Origin: a virus | Virus record (IMG/VR): IMGVR_UViG_3300047160_018755 | Span: 32,001-96,000 of that record | Length of the DNA: 64,000 bases | Reading direction: 5' to 3' (one strand) | In this document: piece by piece, positions 60,959 through 64,000 of the stretch | How the letters are laid out: each line of letters starts with the position of its first letter | How positions within the stretch are numbered: position 1 is the first letter of the stretch | The notes under the pieces: generated by a model | The model's input: the letters and a program-made list of their open reading frames with translations, nothing else | What the model was told of the DNA's origin: nothing | The model's database searches: none | Position numbers and translations under genes: made by a program

Positions 60959-63564
60959 TAGTGGTGGTACCCGCGCTTACCGCCGCCCTGGGGAGCGGGG
61001 ACGCTGTGGTCCATGCTGGAGAGCGACGAGGCGAGGAGGTTGAGGGCCTCGGTCACCTTGTGGATCGCGTTCACCGTGTCACCGCCCGACACGATGCCGG
61101 CCTGGGCGTTGGTGCGCGCGTTGTTCTCTTCGTAGCGGGTGTGGGGAGCGGCGCTGATGTCCTTGCGAGTGGCGCTGCCCTCCTCGTGCTCCTGCTGGCC
61201 GACCTGGCCCTCGATGGCACCCTGAGCCTTGTTGGCCGTGTCCATGGTGGTGCCAGCGGCGATCTTGTGGTAGCTTCCCGGCCCGTGCGGCTTGCCGTAG
61301 ACGCCGATGTTGGCGGCTTGCTTGCGCAGCATAGTGAGGTTGTCGTTCATCGAGCCGGCGCCCGCAGCCCCAGCGCCCGCGAGGACGTTGAGGGCCTTCT
61401 CGATCTCACGCGGAGACTTGCCCTTCAGGAAGCCGAGGCCGCCAGCCTGACGGTACTGCGCGACCATGTCACGCTGCTGCTGGGTGCCGTACTCGTTCGA
61501 CGTGCCGAAGCGCGCGAACATCGTCGCGTTCTTCGCGCCATAGTACTTCGACACCATGTCGAACGTGATGCCGTTGTCGGTGAGGATCGACGGCATGTTC
61601 TTGCCGCCGGATTTGATGATGTCGTTGAGCTGGCCCTCGCTCAAGCTCGTGAGCATGTTGCGGATCGCCCACGGAGCTTCCGGCGAGGCCTTCATGGCCG
61701 CGCGCATGTTCAACGCCTTGTTGAGGTTGTCGACGCTGCCGCCGGCCTCGCGATCACCGAAGGCTTGGCCCTGGGACAGCTCACGCGCGACGCGCATCTG
61801 GCCACCGATGCCGGCGCCACCAGCTCCGACGGCCGCAGACATCAGCGTCTCCATGAGACCGCTGCCGCCAGTGCCCGAGCCAGCGTAGAAATCTCCACGC
61901 TGCATGAGCCCCATGGCCATGTTGGACAGGTTCATGCCGCCCGTGATGTCGAGCCCCTTCGGACCACCGATCATGCGCTGCACGCCGCCGAGCAGTGCGC
62001 CGGGCTTGCCAAACTGAGCGCCGCCGTACTGGAGGGCCGCGGCGTTGTGGAGACCACCGGCCTGGATGTTCAAGAGATTGTCGAGACCGCCGAGGCCTGC
62101 GCCGTTGGCGAAGCCACGGCCGTACTGCGCGACGTTCGCGAACGCGCCGCCGTACTCTCCGGCGTCACGACCATGAGTCGCGGCGAAGCTGCGCACGTAC
62201 TGACCGGCCGTCAGCGGGATGGCGGTCGGGTCGTTCTTGTTGCTGCCGTAGTAGACGTCCTTGCCGCTCATGCCGAGGGCACGCATCATGCCCGAGTCAC
62301 CGATCGAGCGGGCATACTGGTCGTTCATGCGCTCGTTGTACTCGGGATCGGCGCGCATCTTCGCTTCGAGCATGTCTTGGCGACGTTGCGCCTGGAGTGC
62401 AATCTCAGCGTTGCGAGCATTCTCCTGCTCGATGACCATCACGTTCCTGCTCTGGATGCCCGCCATCTGCGTGCCAGCGAGGCGCTGGCCAGCAAGCTCT
62501 CCAGCCGCCGCGCCCACGTACTCCCCACCCCTGCCAGCAACGCCAGCATCGAGAGCGTTGGTCGGGTGCAGCTTCTGACGACGCAGCTCCAGGAGGTCAT
62601 CCTGGGCCATCATCCGCTTGTAGTTCGGGTCCGAGTCCAGCGCGTGGATCGCGTGCACGCGAGCGATGTCGCCGTGACGAATCGAGAGCGCATTCTGGCC
62701 CAAAGTACCACCGAGCTGCGCGCGAGCGTTGGCCACCACCATCGTCCCCGTGAGGGCCTGGTTGATGTTGGCCATCTGGTTCTGGTACGAGGCGCCGATC
62801 GCGGCCTGAGCCAGCTCAACACCCTTGGTCACCGCCATGGCAGCAGTGGGGATGCCCGTGGGAAGACCGAACTGACCGGCGATGCCGGCCACGAGACCAC
62901 CCGAGCCACCCGGCCACCAGCTCGCACCGCCGCCCTTCGTGAGACCAGCCCACGTGGGGCGACCCCAGTTGCCCGGCGAAGGCGCAGCGGCACCACCGCC
63001 TCCTCCACCTCCACCGCCGCCACCTCCTCCACCCGGAGTCGTAGAGCCTGGACGAGGAGCGTTGGGCGGATTGCTCACGCCAACCGCACCGCCACCTCCC
63101 ATGCCACCGCCACCACCAGACACGGGACCACCGCCCATGCCGCCGAACATCCTGCGGAAGCGTCCGAAGATGCCCTCCATGCGACGCACGTCGCGGTCTT
63201 GGGCGTCGACCAAGGACTTGAAGTTGTCCTTCATCGACTTGAAGGACTTGTTCGTCTCCTCGGCAGTTTTGCGGATCTCGGCGGCGCCGGCCTTCGCGCC
63301 ACCAGCGATGGCGGCCGTGACGCCACCAAGGGCTCCGCCCGCGCCAGCGTGCGTGGCCTGCGTCGCGCCGGACATGCCGGGCTGCGCTGCCTTGTTTCCG
63401 ACCTTGACGGCTCCGAGGCCGCCGAGGAAACCACCCAAGCGCTGGGTCGACTCGACGAGGCGGTCGACCTCCTGCTTGATCTCCATGATCGAGCGCTTGG
63501 CTTTTTGAGCCGCAGCGTCGTCGACGACGATGGTGATTTTGATTGATTTGTCTGACGCCGCCAT
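60958..63564 (-). CDS. Tape-measure-like protein
   Basis: 868 aa, Gly/Ala-rich, helical N-terminus IKITIVVD; position in module. Confidence 0.65.
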   Translation of the reverse strand: MAASDKSIKITIVVDDAAAQKAKRSIMEIKQEVDRLVESTQRLGGFLGGLGAVKVGNKAAQPGMSGATQATHAGAGGALGGVTAAIAGGAKAGAAEIRKTAEETNKSFKSMKDNFKSLVDAQDRDVRRMEGIFGRFRRMFGGMGGGPVSGGGGGMGGGGAVGVSNPPNAPRPGSTTPGGGGGGGGGGGGGGAAAPSPGNWGRPTWAGLTKGGGASWWPGGSGGLVAGIAGQFGLPTGIPTAAMAVTKGVELAQAAIGASYQNQMANINQALTGTMVVANARAQLGGTLGQNALSIRHGDIARVHAIHALDSDPNYKRMMAQDDLLELRRQKLHPTNALDAGVAGRGGEYVGAAAGELAGQRLAGTQMAGIQSRNVMVIEQENARNAEIALQAQRRQDMLEAKMRADPEYNERMNDQYARSIGDSGMMRALGMSGKDVYYGSNKNDPTAIPLTAGQYVRSFAATHGRDAGEYGGAFANVAQYGRGFANGAGLGGLDNLLNIQAGGLHNAAALQYGGAQFGKPGALLGGVQRMIGGPKGLDITGGMNLSNMAMGLMQRGDFYAGSGTGGSGLMETLMSAAVGAGGAGIGGQMRVARELSQGQAFGDREAGGSVDNLNKALNMRAAMKASPEAPWAIRNMLTSLSEGQLNDIIKSGGKNMPSILTDNGITFDMVSKYYGAKNATMFARFGTSNEYGTQQQRDMVAQYRQAGGLGFLKGKSPREIEKALNVLAGAGAAGAGSMNDNLTMLRKQAANIGVYGKPHGPGSYHKIAAGTTMDTANKAQGAIEGQVGQQEHEEGSATRKDISAAPHTRYEENNARTNAQAGIVSGGDTVNAIHKVTEALNLLASSLSSMDHSVPAPQGGGKRGYHH

Positions 63565-63583
63565 CGTTCCCTAAAGATTGCCG

Positions 63584-64000
63584 CTACTTTGCCTTCGGTT
63601 CGGGCTTGTCGAGGAGGCCGAAGGAGTCCTGGTCGAGGTCGATGGTCTCGAAACTCATCTCGATTTTGCGGCCCGGGTCGACCTTCACGTTCGTCAGCTC
63701 CGCGGGCTTCGAGAGCTTGCCGCCCGTGATCTTCTCCTCGGCCGTGGGCGGGCGTAGCATGGACGCTACATTCCCGAGCGCCTTGACGGCCTCCTCAATC
63801 TTCTTGGCGGCCTCCTCGGACTTCTTGACTTCCTGGCCGAGGATGTACATCTCGGCGTCGTCCGCGTCCTCCAAACGACGCTCCAGCAGGAGCTGCTCGC
63901 GCGGCTTGGTCAGGGAGCGGGCTTCCTTTTCGAGGTCTTCGTCCTTCCAGTCCTCGTACACGTCCTCGATCCAGGCCTGCACGACGAACTCCACTGGCAG
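63584..64000 (-). CDS. Tail assembly chaperone-like protein, partial
   Basis: Acidic helical ORF just upstream of tape measure; runs off window. Confidence 0.4.
   Translation of the reverse strand: MPVEFVVQAWIEDVYEDWKDEDLEKEARSLTKPREQLLLERRLEDADDAEMYILGQEVKKSEEAAKKIEEAVKALGNVASMLRPPTAEEKITGGKLSKPAELTNVKVDPGRKIEMSFETIDLDQDSFGLLDKPEPKAK

Noticed and set aside
62980-63140. Poly-Gly/Pro stretch in tape-measure-like gene as a frameshift or slippage site
   Set aside because: Frame stays open with mixed codons; ordinary low-complexity linker

Overview
GC-rich segment of a large, probably temperate, contractile-tailed (myovirus-like) phage or prophage. A myxobacterial host is inferred from a Gly/Thr/Ser-rich lipoprotein and sigma54-type promoters; this is not proven. 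Layout: (i) 1-786, end of a minus-strand module (two tandem paralogs) beside a tyrosine integrase; (ii) 0.9-15.4 kb, plus-strand auxiliary genes (SprT, GuaB/GuaC, C39 peptidase, vWA, Acb2/Tad1-like, dCMP deaminase, PspA-like + TAXI operon, tRNA-Cys, lipoprotein, GGQ release-factor-like); (iii) 15.4-24.2 kb, minus-strand small genes with two expanded paralog families; (iv) 24.2-27.1 kb, mostly non-coding divergent control region dense in sigma54-like -24/-12 boxes and TGACGC hexamers; (v) 25.3-41.4 kb, host-takeover-style small genes behind a repeated strong SD cassette (includes UvrD helicase and Flp pilin); (vi) 41.4-44.0 kb, minus-strand array of 14 tRNAs with endonuclease insertions and three circularly permuted tRNA-like (YrlA-like) elements; (vii) 44-57 kb, more auxiliary genes (ParB-like, kinase-like, bL12 C-terminal domain, (p)ppGpp hydrolase, RNase H) and two paralogous putative receptor-binding proteins; (viii) 57-64 kb, minus-strand tail/baseplate module. 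Top leads: the permuted tRNA-like RNAs, a CCHC zinc-knuckle leader shared by five unrelated proteins, and a multi-class promoter system (sigma54-like boxes, a GATTCGATAGAA motif, leaderless sigma70 promoters with GATC spacers, an AATCTT motif). All assignments come from manual motif reading; no database searches were run, and counts are hand counts.
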